A stretch of 35,085 bases of DNA, taken from NCBI GenBank assembly GCA_003614675.1, contig ML002383.1, positions 1 to 35,085 on the forward strand, in the 5' to 3' direction. The notes beneath the pieces were generated by a model. It was not told the origin of the DNA. It made no database searches and was given only the letters and a program-made list of their open reading frames with translations. This DNA is from Dimargaris cristalligena. Its lineage: Eukaryota. Both the position numbers and the translations under genes were made by a program. Positions 1 to 11,181 of the stretch are shown in pieces. Each line of letters begins with the position of its first letter. The stretch's first letter is position 1.

Positions 1-3000
1 TTCGTAACGGGAGCTCTGGATGCGAGGCAGGTGGCACACAATAGCTAGCCACTCGTGAAGCTGGCTGTACCAGCGGGTGCGGGCGTGCTCCAGGGGGGGA
101 TCCAGGAACATGACCTGGTTACGGATGCGAATCTCGTGTACAGAGGAGGACAGTTTGGGACGCTGCACCTCAACTGCCGCGGGGGCACCATCCTCACCAT
201 CGTCGGAATCCGGGTCCACGGGCTCGCCGTAGTGGGAGCCCATCTTACGCTTGCGCCGGGACTTGGTATCGTAGCTTGACAGCCCAGAGGAGTTCCCGCG
301 ACCAGTGGCCGAATCCGACAGGTCAGCCGTGAAGGTACTCGTCCAAATCTGCGCAGCCGTACGGAGTCGACTAACCAGTACGTCTTCCAGACGACTGTCC
401 AACTGCTGAACCCAGGCCGGCAAATTGGCGAAACTCTCCAAGTTCAGTCGATCAATGAGTTTCTGGACGCGTAGTAAAATGGTCTCTAAGGTTGAGCGGT
501 CGTAGGAACAAGTGGCAATCTCCTGCAGGGCCGTCGCAATGTCGGCGTAAATAGTGATCAATGCCTCGGTCTTTTCTTGGAAGCGGCCCACTACTTGGGC
601 AAACTCGCGCACGAACACTACGTGTTCGTTTTCACTCACATCCAAGGTGCCTAGGGAGAGGCGGCTGTAGGCGGCGGGATAGTTCCCGCCGGTAAGGTGG
701 GAGGCGTGGGCCTGGGGGTCAAAGGAGTTGACAAAGTAGTCCCAGCGCAGATTGATGGCCCGAGTAATTAGCTGGTGGACATCGTTAATGTAGCCCGAGG
801 CCAATGACGCAATCTCGGGGTGGCGCTGGATCTTGTGGATGGTCTGGCGGTAGGTGCGGGTAGTTTCGATTAACGATACTGCGAAAGGGTAGACCCGCTT
901 AGCGTCCTTGGCGATGTTGGTAATGGTATGGGGGACCTGGAACCCTAGCCAGAGCAGGTTTCGAACCTCCTTGAATAGGGTAATCACCTGTGCGTCAAAA
1001 TTGATGCTCAGTTGGAGGGAATTACCCTGGGCGCGGTTACGAGTGATGTTAAAGATACGTCCCGAAACGGAAAGCTCCTTCTTGGACACGTCGTGGAACC
1101 AGGCGTCAAAGATTTGACGCGTATCTAACTTTTTGCGGAAACTCACGCTATCGGATTGTAATTTCTGGCCCTCTGCGTACATCTCCCACCCACGGCCCAG
1201 GACATCCTCGACGCGACGCATGTAGGTGGCCAGTTGGCGTTCAATTTGACGGGCCCAGATAATAGCCCCAGACACCGGGGGGATGTCCCGCAATTGACTC
1301 ATGTGGTAGGCCTCGGAGTGGCGGTACTGCTGCTTGAACTTGTCATGGAGCTTCCGAATATCGTCCTTGACATTCTCAATAAGTTGGGCCTGATACTCCT
1401 GGATGGCGCCACGGATCTTGGGGCGCACAAAAAGGGCGTTGAATTTGGAAAACACCCGGAACATCTCGTTGGCATTACGGGCCATGGCCAATCGATCACG
1501 AAGACGGGAGATGATCTGGTTTTCCACTCGGGCGACGCGCTCGTTGTACTTGGTCTCGGCACTCACCCATAGATCAGTGCCCTCTGGACTTACGTCAAGC
1601 ACGTCGATGTTCTTGACGCTCTCGTAGGCCAGGCGAACCTCTTCGATGGAGTCGATTTCGGTAGCTACGGCGGCAGCGTCAGTGGGGGTTTCTTCAACAC
1701 CTTCCACCACCATCGGGGCGTAGTCGAGGGCGGACGACTGCATGACCTTGACAATGGTTGTGTGAAGCTGCTCGTGCTGCAGACGGAACTGGCGGATGAA
1801 GGTGAAGCGCTCCTGGAGGGATGCGTGGGCGGGATGGATTTTAATGGGCAGGAACCGCTCCTGACGCTTACGCGTTACTTCACGGGCCACATTGGTGAAT
1901 TCCTTGATCTGGTCGTCCCAGGTCAAGAACACCTGTTCCGTACCAGCGGCTACTCGCTCAAATTCACCATACTCAACGGACATGAGGCGCCGGCTTCCCA
2001 GCACCTTGAGAAGTTGGTCGTTCAGGTCCCGGGAAATCGCCTCCACCAGGGGTAGAGCACGGCGCACGGGATAGGGGGACAGCTTCAATTTCTTGTTAAG
2101 GTGGTTGAAGATAAGGTGCAGTGCGTCCCGGATCTTCTCCACGTCGGTGGCGGCCAGCAGCTCATCGAGGGGGAAGTCCTTCATCAGCTGGTTGTACTTG
2201 GCCACCTTATCCATGCCTTCATTAAGACCGGTGTCGGCAATGAAACTGACGGTGGCGTGGAACCGTTTGGCATGCTTGAGAATGTCCAGGGTTAGGACAA
2301 TCTCGTCACTCTTGAGCTGCTCGTCAATCTTCTCCAGGGCACGCTCCATGCTGAGCCAGAAGTTAATTTCCTGACTGGCCGTCCCGCTGGCGGGGTCGCG
2401 GGACAGTTTGGTAACCTTCTGGATCTCCTTGATCCAGCCGTTGACATCACCCTGCAGGCGGTTCAGAAACTGGGAGTCGCCGAGAAGACCGGAATCAACG
2501 TCGTCGACGGACACGCGCTGGTGCAGCTCGCGGGCCTTCTCCACGGCGCGGGCCACCACGGGGTGGATTGTGAGGGACACTTCGGGGATCTCCACGTTTT
2601 GCTGCAGGTGGAGAAGGGACAGCTCCAATTCAGCAATCTTCTTCTTGGCCATGGGGATACCGGTTTTGGCATCCTTCTCGTCACGCTTAGCCACGTAGCT
2701 GGTCTGGCCCTGGGTCTCGGCACTCTTTTGCTTGGCCGCGACGAAAGCGTTGAAATAGGGGCCCACGGCATGGTGGATATAGGCGTGCAACGCCTCGTAG
2801 GGGTTCGCAAGAACACTGGTGGCCCCGTTGGCGACCCCGGCCGTTTCGCGGTGGGACGCAGGACCAGGCAAATTCATGACCTGGATTTGATGGGATATGG
2901 GCTGGCCAGCATCAAGCACCGAAGCACGTTTGATTAGGGCCAACGACCCCACGTGATTGGGGCGGTAGGTCAGGTCGTGCGAGATGTTGTAGGCGATGCA

Positions 3001-3339
3001 GGGGCCGGCCACTTCGGGGGCCACGGCCGAGTCATCCAGGCCCGAATCACCGTCGGGAAACGCATCGGCAATTTCCTTAAGAACGTAGAGCACGGGAGTC
3101 TGAGGATCATTGGCGAAGCGGCGGCATTTCTCACCTACATCGGGGAATTGGAACAGTTCTTGGATAGCACTGACTTCTTGGGGGTCGGTGGATCCAAGAA
3201 GAAGCGGTAAAATGTTCAGGATATACTCCTTCACAAGGTTATGATCGTAGAGGGGCAGGCCGGAGGTGGCCGAACCCGGGGCAAGGGGGTCAGTACTGGC
3301 GAGTGTAGCCAGACCGCCCGAGGCTGAGTCTTCACCCAT
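1..3339 (-). CDS. DYN1: Cytoplasmic dynein 1 heavy chain, N-terminal tail region; 3' truncated by the window edge
   Basis: Manual translation from ATG at 3339 gives MGEDSASGG...LPLYDHNLVKEYILNILPLLLG...CRRFANDPQTPVLYVLKE. The same frame contains SGTASQEINFWLSMERALEKIDEQLKSDEIVLTLDILKHAKRFHATVSFIADTGL, and further on ANEMFRVFSKFNALFVRPKIRGAIQEYQ and YMRRVEDVLGRGWE, all hallmark dynein heavy chain tail motifs. It is absent from the ORF track, consistent with no stop inside the window. No intron was evident in the coding part. Confidence 0.97.
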   Translation of the reverse strand, partial: MGEDSASGGLATLASTDPLAPGSATSGLPLYDHNLVKEYILNILPLLLGSTDPQEVSAIQELFQFPDVGEKCRRFANDPQTPVLYVLKEIADAFPDGDSGLDDSAVAPEVAGPCIAYNISHDLTYRPNHVGSLALIKRASVLDAGQPISHQIQVMNLPGPASHRETAGVANGATSVLANPYEALHAYIHHAVGPYFNAFVAAKQKSAETQGQTSYVAKRDEKDAKTGIPMAKKKIAELELSLLHLQQNVEIPEVSLTIHPVVARAVEKARELHQRVSVDDVDSGLLGDSQFLNRLQGDVNGWIKEIQKVTKLSRDPASGTASQEINFWLSMERALEKIDEQLKSDEIVLTLDILKHAKRFHATVSFIADTGLNEGMDKVAKYNQLMKDFPLDELLAATDVEKIRDALHLIFNHLNKKLKLSPYPVRRALPLVEAISRDLNDQLLKVLGSRRLMSVEYGEFERVAAGTEQVFLTWDDQIKEFTNVAREVTRKRQERFLPIKIHPAHASLQERFTFIRQFRLQHEQLHTTIVKVMQSSALDYAPMVVEGVEETPTDAAAVATEIDSIEEVRLAYESVKNIDVLDVSPEGTDLWVSAETKYNERVARVENQIISRLRDRLAMARNANEMFRVFSKFNALFVRPKIRGAIQEYQAQLIENVKDDIRKLHDKFKQQYRHSEAYHMSQLRDIPPVSGAIIWARQIERQLATYMRRVEDVLGRGWEMYAEGQKLQSDSVSFRKKLDTRQIFDAWFHDVSKKELSVSGRIFNITRNRAQGNSLQLSINFDAQVITLFKEVRNLLWLGFQVPHTITNIAKDAKRVYPFAVSLIETTRTYRQTIHKIQRHPEIASLASGYINDVHQLITRAINLRWDYFVNSFDPQAHASHLTGGNYPAAYSRLSLGTLDVSENEHVVFVREFAQVVGRFQEKTEALITIYADIATALQEIATCSYDRSTLETILLRVQKLIDRLNLESFANLPAWVQQLDSRLEDVLVSRLRTAAQIWTSTFTADLSDSATGRGNSSGLSSYDTKSRRKRKMGSHYGEPVDPDSDDGEDGAPAAVEVQRPKLSSSVHEIRIRNQVMFLDPPLEHARTRWYSQLHEWLAIVCHLPRIQSSRYE

Positions 3340-3378
3340 GGTGGAATACTTGAAATAGAGTGAGGCGGGGAAACAGCA

Positions 3379-3591
3379 CTAGGATGGGGGAATATATATA
3401 CTAGAAGTAAGGGGCAGACAAATTGATAGAATACGAGCAATGTAATTAGTAGGTGGATAGATAGAGATAGGGGTTACTGGGTGGGCGTTTATAGGGGTGA
3501 GCTGCGAATGAGCCGATTGGGAATTTCGAGGGTCGGCCGGGGGTTGGAATCGCAGGTCCAATAAGGTCGCTGAGCAGATAAATAGTCGTAC
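3379..3591 (-). other. Putative 5'-UTR intron of the dynein heavy chain gene (213 nt)
   Basis: Minus strand has donor CAG|GTACGA at 3591, a CTAAT branch-like site near 3445-3449, and a pyrimidine-rich CCCCCATCCTAG acceptor ending at 3379, 40 nt before the ATG. The length matches other introns in the window. Confidence 0.45.
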
Positions 3592-4508
3592 CTGAGTAAA
3601 ATAAACAGTCGGCTAAAATTAAGGTATATAAAAAAGGAGGGAAAACTCGAGGGGTCGGGTAGGACAGCCAGCCGGCCGACTTGAGCGGAGATGAAGCAAT
3701 GGGCCTTCGAAGGAAAGAAAAACGGGAAATGCAATAGACGCTGGATTGACTTGAATGCAGTCAGCTAGAGACAAAATAGGTCCGAGTCGGGAGATGAAAG
3801 AGAAAGAGAGGGAATTTACTTTCGGGATGAGCCAGCGGTGAAGACAAGGTTGTATCGTGGCCTGAGAGTGGCAGGTAGTCTAGGTGAATTATGGACAATC
3901 CTCGAGAACCGACCAGGAGTGTGAGTATATGCTTATGCGTATGTGTATGTAGGTGTGGTTGGCATATAGCCTATAACCATCACCAATGTGAATATAGGAA
4001 CGGGGAGAGAAAGGACAGGCGGCCGCCTGTATGAAATAACCAGGGTGCCCTGCAGACCAATCAGCCCGCTCACTGAGTTTCAAACCAGGGCCTGGCTGCA
4101 GGCATGTTCACTGTCCGTATCACTCGAATAGCCCAGCCAGGATGGCTCGAAAGGGGTTGTCGGAATCGAACTCGTACTCGATCCAGTGTCAGGCCCACGG
4201 GATACCGGGCCCGGCCAGCAAAAAGCCCCCGCCGGCTATTCCGCATATCGAACCCAACGGGTAAATCGGGTATTCCTGCACATCGGGGGGTTGGCTAACT
4301 CGACTCAATCATCACCCCCCAAACAGACTCATGCAGTTTGGGAATAACGGAGTCACTCTCTCGTCACGAATTGGTTCATTGTTCAATGATTTGATTATAA
4401 AGCCTGGAGATATCTCCCCCCTTTACCCTTCGAAACCTACCCAAGGTTCACGAACCCATTGCCCACTTTCTACTATTAGTATTATTATTATCATACTTAT
4501 TATTTACT

Positions 4509-5519
4509 ATGCCCTCTTTCTGGCCCACCGCTTTCATAGGAACCGGGATAAACCCATGGACCTTGGGGAGCCAGGACAACCCTCTCCACGCCCTCCTTTG
4601 GAGCTGTGCCGTGAGTACCTTGGGTCTCTGTTGGCTTCCCTCAGTCCTATTCCGCAACTACTCCTTTGTGGACCGTCTCTGGTCTATTCTGCCTGCCTAC
4701 TATGCTGTTCTAATCCTTTTGGGTTTTGGCGAGTCGTCCGCTGGCCTGCCATCTCCCCGCCTGAGCCTCCTGGCCATGCTCATTACCATGTGGACCCTCC
4801 GGCTTACCTACAATTTCTACCGTAAGGGCGGTTACGAATGGTCGGGCGAAGACTACCGCTGGGCCTACGTTCAGGAGACCTTCCGCTGCATTCCCAGTCG
4901 TGGGCTACAACTCCTGGCCTGGGAGCTGTTCAATTTGGGGTTCATCGCCCTTATTCAGAATGTGCTGCTTCTTGCCCTTACCCTACCCGTTTACTTGGTG
5001 TGGTTAATCGAGACTCAGACCGGAACGGGTGTAGCAACCCTGAACCGTTGGGACGCCCTGGGGACTGGTCTGTGGCTACTCCTGTTGTTGGGAGAGACGA
5101 TCGCTGACCAACAACAGTGGGACTTTCATCAGGCCAAGCACCACTGGACCGTCCGCAAGTCTCTACCCCCGCATTCCCCCCAAGGCCTGGTTACTGACCT
5201 CGAAAATGGGTTTCTTACCCGGGGCCTCTTCAGGTTATCCCGCCATCCCAATTTTATGTGCGAAATGAGCCTCTGGTGGGTCCTAACCCTCTTTGTGAAG
5301 GGTGCTAGCCAAGGTTTGGATAGCACCGCTATCCCCCCTTTTGTCAAGCCCTGGGTCTATGCTCCCGCTTTAGCCCTAACGCTGCTGTTTCAGGGCTCAA
5401 CCACTCTCACGGAGAATATAACTGCCTCCAAATACCCGCTCTATAGAGAATATCAGCGGACCACCGCCCGCTTCGTACCCTGGTCCTTCCCACCGGCCGA
5501 CCGGGTAAAGCAGAATTAA
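4509..5519 (+). CDS. DUF1295 family multi-pass membrane protein (steroid 5-alpha-reductase-like C-terminus)
   Basis: Intronless 336 aa ORF with family motifs NYSFVDRLWSILP, WTLRLTYNFYRKGGY, GEDYRW, ETIADQQQWDF, GFLTRGLFRLSRHPNF and LFQGSTTLTENITASKYPLYREYQ, plus several hydrophobic segments. Confidence 0.93.
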   Translation: MPSFWPTAFIGTGINPWTLGSQDNPLHALLWSCAVSTLGLCWLPSVLFRNYSFVDRLWSILPAYYAVLILLGFGESSAGLPSPRLSLLAMLITMWTLRLTYNFYRKGGYEWSGEDYRWAYVQETFRCIPSRGLQLLAWELFNLGFIALIQNVLLLALTLPVYLVWLIETQTGTGVATLNRWDALGTGLWLLLLLGETIADQQQWDFHQAKHHWTVRKSLPPHSPQGLVTDLENGFLTRGLFRLSRHPNFMCEMSLWWVLTLFVKGASQGLDSTAIPPFVKPWVYAPALALTLLFQGSTTLTENITASKYPLYREYQRTTARFVPWSFPPADRVKQN

Positions 5520-6056
5520 AGGCGATTTGTTCGGCATATAATAGGTGACCGAGATTAGGAATATATACACATTTTGGCCGTGGAGAGGGGGAACTACCAT
5601 TTGAGTTTGATCGGAATTGGCAGCCGAATGGTCCAATTACGCCCTGTCAGAAAGGGGACTGAGCCACAATCATAAATACATAGTTATAATTAAGGCTAAC
5701 CACTTATTCCAAATGAGTGAGCGTATTATTTATTGCATTGATCAGAACTGGCTAGATGGTCCTAATCACACTGGTACATATAATAGCCGAGAGATTGAGT
5801 AAATAGTAATGTTGCAAGTCTATTTTTGGGTTGAATAATGAGGGTTCGATAAAAGCTAGGCCATGTATTGTATAAGATAGGTTCATCCAAGTAATAGATT
5901 GGGCGGAAGGGGTAGAGGAAAAGCAGGTTCGCAAAAGAAAGGCCTAGATTGGTGATGGTGCAAGTGGGGGTAATACTGCATGCTATGAAAAGGCCGAGGG
6001 CATTCTCCCTCTTGGGCGCTATCACCACTATTCGCATGAAAACCCTCGGCGTACTA

Positions 6057-8603
6057 CTAAACATTAGGAGAATCAGAAGTAGCATCGGGTCCAGGCTCGT
6101 CGTTGGCCGCCCCCGGCTTACAGTTGAACTTGCAGAGCGGGCAATGTGCAGATTTACGAGTTAACCAAGAATCAATGCACGCGCTATGGAAATAATGCCG
6201 GCAGGGGAGCACACGCACTTGGGCACCTACGACGAAATCGTCTAAACATATGGAACAGTCACATAAAAAAAACCCAAACTTTTCCGTAGGGTTAATGGGT
6301 TCCGAATCCGGCATGCAAATGGCTCCGATTTCCGGGGGTAGCAGCAAGGAAGGGGACCGCGGGGAGGGGGAGATCATGGGTAGCGTAGGGCACGACGAAT
6401 GAGCAGAATACTCTTTGAGAGGTACGGCGGGTGCGGCATCATACAAGGCGTCAGGGATGGCAGAGGATTTATATTTAGATAGGCGTGGTCCGTCTAAATA
6501 TTCGCTCCGCTTACCAACTCCCCTATCCATGCTGGTCGTCGAAGGGGGACGATGTTTGGTGGGCAGGTCGGCCGGTTGAAAAGTGGTTGGACTATACACC
6601 TCTTGGGGCGGATCAAGGCAAGTGGGCAAGGCACCCATCGATGTGCTGGTTTTCGACACTTCAGTCTGACTGGTGTTCCAACTGGAGGTCTGGCCTGATG
6701 TCGCCAACAACGAGCGAGCCGAGCCGAGCGATGATGGGCGGTAGTTGGGAGTACCTAGACCGACGGAATAGTCTGTGCTAATGTCGCTGGTAGCTCCATC
6801 TAGCAGTGGATGATTACCTAGGCGGGGTCTTGGGAATTCGTCCGGCCCGAGGGTTCGGCGGGACGTGGTCAGCGATGTCGAAAACCGTTTCAGAAGCTGC
6901 TGGTAAGTACCCACCCGCGAAGGATCCCGTTTCTCACCCCCAAACCCTTCCACAGGCGGCGCATCGCTGGAAGTATCCGAGTCATCAGCACCCTCTCCTT
7001 CATCCTTGTAATAGAGGCATTTTTCCCAAAGTTGGGAGGGTGTGTGTTCCCGGCCCAGCAGGGGCTTGGACCCATGTTTGAACATTTTGATGTCGTAGTT
7101 AGTCAGAGTGTAGACCGGGTACAGGGCTAGATATTGCGATGAGAGGGGCTTCTGGCCGCCCCGGTCGGCTACTGTTCCTCCAGATCCGGCCCCGCCTGGC
7201 GGGGGAGAACGGCGATGGGATTGATTAATTCCGATGGCTTGGTAAATCGCATCCTCTAAATTACGGGCGGCGGACTCGGATTCGTCCACCATATACCGGC
7301 GTCGGTACCATGCGTAACCCCCAAGCCAGCGATCAACGTGCCGCTTAAAGTAGCGGATATACACTCGCTTGGCGTGGCCTACGTCGAGGGGATATTCAAA
7401 TATGGATAATGCGAGTTAGTTAACGTAGTCGACGGCTTTTTTTTTAAAAAAAAAATGCTAGTTAAAAAGGGGGCAAGACGTATTACAATCTAAATTAGAA
7501 ATAGCCATGTTTCATATAATCGACCCCAGTTAGTATTCACCATCAAAGCCATAAACTAAGCCGTACTTACCGCTCACAATAAAGGCCACCAAGCCAATCG
7601 CCGCACACCCCAACACCGCCAGCCCCCATAGTCGACTCCCTGGTTGAACCCTCGACACACCCATCACCATAAACACCTTAATCACCGGTTCACGTCGGGA
7701 GCGATAAGTGCCAGGGGCTATCATCTGATGAGTTACCTCCGAATAATGGTCTATACCCATATTGGCGTTATGCACCCGATTCACCAATTCCCGGGCCGTT
7801 TCGGTCCCGATTGCCACTGCGGGAATGTGCGGCTGAATGGCGGCCAATTGGGCGTACTCTTCGGTTTCAGGACCCAGTTCACTCATGACCCATCCGGTGT
7901 CTTCGGTGATGTTGACATTATTATGGGGCTCGTGGTACGTAATGATGCCCACCGTTCGATGGGGTAGCTGGTTGGTGAGCGTCGCGAAGAAGGTGCAGTT
8001 ATGGTCATAGGGAATGATGGCAATCTTGGGCTGATTGATGATGGCGTCTAAGTTACTATCCTGGAGGTAGTGGTTAGTTGTGCCGCACGTAGACTCGTGG
8101 ATATACAACATACCCTATAACGGACCGCACGAGTCATTATTAGTAATACACAATATATAGCAGGGTAGGAAAAATATGACAAGGCAAGGGGGTAAGGAGA
8201 TGACTAAATCGAGTAGATTAAATCCAAAGCTTATATTGGGTTTCCGGCAGCCCAGAGCTTCGAATTCGCTCGGTCCCCTAATTCCGCCCCAAAATAAAAC
8301 TGTTGGGGCGTATACGAGGTGAGCAATGAGCCGACTGTTGGTTGTGAATACGCGCATTGAATGGAATGAATCGCAATATCCTACCTCAACAGTATGATCG
8401 TTGCCTAGTTGTGGGGTTGTCGGAATACCGATAACGCTAGGGGCTTCTAAAGGGGAAAAGTCGGTCTTGAATTGCCAAATACCGTTGACCACCCGGACGA
8501 GCCGTTGACTGAGATTTATTTCAAAGTCATCCGAGCGGACAAATGCCAGCTGGCTCACTAGGACCAAGTAGAGAGTGAAGAGGGACAAAAATCCCGACCT
8601 CAT
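6057..8603 (-). CDS. PA-TM-RING-H2 E3 ubiquitin ligase (Goliath/RNF13/RMR-like), 3 exons: 8603-8385, 8114-7571, 7378-6057; ~694 aa
   Basis: Signal peptide MRSGFLSLFTLYLVLVSQLAFVRS; PA-like lumenal segment (KIAIIPYDHNCTF...HIPAVAIGTETARELV); TM helix LWGLAVLGCAAIGLVAFIVSG; C-terminal RING-H2 CSICLDDF...LPCRHYFHSACIDSWL...CPLCK. Introns 8384-8115 (GTAGGA..TAG, phase 0) and 7570-7379 (GTAAGT..ACTAAC..TAG, phase 1) join three track ORFs in frame. Confidence 0.88.
7437..7455. repeat. T9A10 self-complementary homopolymer junction in intron 2 of the RING gene
   Basis: Directly visible as tttttttttaaaaaaaaaa followed by tgct. Confidence 0.9.
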
Positions 8604-11161
8604 GTTGGTTAGAAGGTCCGAAGTTAGCCTAGGATGGTATCGGGCGAGGATTGGTTTTGCCGGGGGGAGGAGTAATAAAGTATAATATAGTTTCAGCAGT
8701 ATAACAGCACGGCCTAGCCGATAACCTGATAGTCAAATGGTCTAGGCGCAGGATAGCTGGTGTGGTCAGAGTGATTATATCGGAAATAGCTGTAGTAGAT
8801 ATAGAGCAATTGGGCGAAACAATAAATACCCGAAAAAACGCCACCGAATTAACCTTCTCAATATCCAATCATTGACAAAATGGTTTGAGGCTCCGTGTTT
8901 AGAAAATAGCCGAAAAAATCCGATGATAAAACCACAACCACGCTCAGCAATGTAGTTGGATAGAAGGGTACGCGTTTTGGATAGACAGTTCAATGGATAG
9001 TAAAAAATGGAGTAGTAATATGTTGAATAGTAGAGAAGAAAAGAGGGGAAGCCAAACTGTGCCGGAAAGCGAGAGATACTGATCATGTAGAAATGGCCAA
9101 CCCTGGGATGCAACCCAGCTGGTTTTCTTAAGCCGGCAACCTTCGCTCAACCAGGGGCACCATTCCCGCCTTGCCTACATGTAAGCCAATACAGTGCTGG
9201 GAACCCCTTGATGTGACCCGTAACAGGCTCTGGCACGGCAACTCGGTCGGTGCCTGTGGCCCGGCGGCACAATTGACCAGCATTGGCGGTAGTTGGAGAA
9301 GGTTTCGTACGGGGGTGATGCCGAGCCAAATATGGGGTGTATTCATTATGAGTAATATAAGTATTCGATATGGAGATAAGGAGGCGTGGTGGTGCGACTG
9401 AAAGGTATGGAATGAATCCATGCGAGGTTGACTATACTGACTTACTCAATTCAGTACCGACGTGTCCCCTCTCCAGAGAACGAGGGGGGGAGAGAGACGG
9501 AGGGAAAGTGACTTGGCTATGGTTATTGTAGAGCCACATGACTTAGCAGATATACTAAAAATGACTGGTTACCAAATGCCTTAATGATACGCCAACTGAG
9601 CAGAACAGTCGAACAAGTGTCTGGTTTAAAACTCCTGTATCAATTTGAGGATTAGTTTAGTCGATATTAATCAATATATTGAATTGATGCAATTATGTAA
9701 AAATCCATTATTGGAGTTCAAAGCCGTGGTTCCCCGCTACATCATGGAAGGAAGCGTGGAAAGATAATCGTGATGGGAATACTGCGAGAGTGACTAAATA
9801 GCTAAGTGGGAGAGAAAGAGAGTGCGTCAGCGGCGCCGTGTACTATAATAAGATAAAATCGACTTATCGGTAGTGCCAACGCCTGAGATCTGACGATTAC
9901 CCAACCACGAGAAGTAGAATAAAACCTATATAAATAATATCCCTGTGGGGAGGGCCGGAGGCCGAGCTACGGAAAATGACATGCAAAAAATAGTCAAATG
10001 GCCAGGAGAGCGAGGGGGTCGATGTTGGGTGCAGCCATGCGTGTGGCTGCTTACTTGCGCTGAGTAAAATCTACTGCAGAGTTCGGCATTGTTTGACCTG
10101 AGATTCCTACTCCCCGTGCGTTCCCGAGCTTAGACTGCCCCCCCCCATCCAAGCTGCCCCTGGAATACCATACACCGTGTGCCGCGGGGCAAGAATCACC
10201 AGTCCACCATCAACCTTGCCAATTATATAGGGAGCGAAACAATACCACCGACTAGGCCAGTCGAGTCTGGTTGGAGTTGCTAAAGTGTAGCTTCTTCGTA
10301 ATAATACACGGCTATTCTTCAATGGCACGGCCTCCTGTACTTATATACATTATTCAATCCCACTGAGCTTGATTACGTTGCATCTCTAATAAGGCTCCCC
10401 AAGATTGACCGCCCATGGCTTATGTGCCTTTAAGTATCGGATTGGATTGGGAGTATACATCAGGGGCAAACACTAGTCTAGACTAATGTGCTTAACTCTT
10501 TGAGTATCTTCGCCCAATGGTACGCCTGAGTTACCGACACCACAGGTTTTAGGCTAGCTTTGGCTTAGGTCCGTGTCCCAACCCAATCTCGTTTTCAGCC
10601 ACTATTTCTCAAGACCCACATACATTATTTTTAAATCCAATGGAACCGATCATTTGTTTTGGTTGATCTGTATGTAGAAACCTCTTCAATATGGGTGTAC
10701 AGTGGGTTTTGCATGTGGGGGTGGGAATCCGATAATTGTATTTGACGATACTATGTTACTACTCCTTATGCGGTGTGCCTATCTAGACTGCACTACCAGT
10801 TTAGCACCATTCCATCCCCCATTACTAAGAGCGCGGCCTATAAGAAAATAGGCCGCTTCGAATAGATTTTGGAGTAAAATTACTCATTAGCTTCTATTAA
10901 TTGGCGTTGGATAGATGAATGATCAAATATATCAACTATTACCAGACCAATAACTCAGACCAACATACTACCGATTTGGGTAACTTACAGAGTAAAATAG
11001 TAGATCACGGTAGTCGAAAAAATGTGCAATATAGCCAAAATCGACTACTATAGGTGTTGAGGTCAGGACAGGATAGTACCTAATTGACCTGATTTAAACA
11101 ATATGTGCATTCTAGATGGGCATGAATAGGTCTTAAAGGATTCCCTTATATGCCTTGCCTG

Positions 11162-11181
11162 TTTTTTTTTTAAAAAAAAAA
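11162..11181. repeat. T10A10 perfect palindrome, intergenic
   Basis: Directly visible, and also followed by tgct like the copy at 7437. Confidence 0.9.

Noticed and set aside
55..3210. Many short plus-strand and alternative-frame ORFs
   Set aside because: They are shadow ORFs of the GC3-rich dynein coding sequence. The same applies to overlapping ORFs within CYM1, the M3 peptidase, RhoGAP, PRE10 and the right-edge gene.
4160..4172. GTTCGATTCC on the minus strand, resembling a tRNA T-loop / Pol III B-box
   Set aside because: The flanking bases do not form a T-stem, and no acceptor stem or cloverleaf could be built.
4331..4825. 164 aa ORF with a poly-Ile hydrophobic stretch overlapping the DUF1295 start
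   Set aside because: The hydrophobicity comes from an ATT-rich UTR tract, and the rest is out of frame with the real gene.
9854..9866. 13-bp exact repeat TAAAATCGACTTA (also at 22751-22763) and looser AAAATCGA copies
   Set aside because: 13-mer matches are expected by chance in 35 kb of AT-rich DNA, and the similarity does not extend into the flanks.
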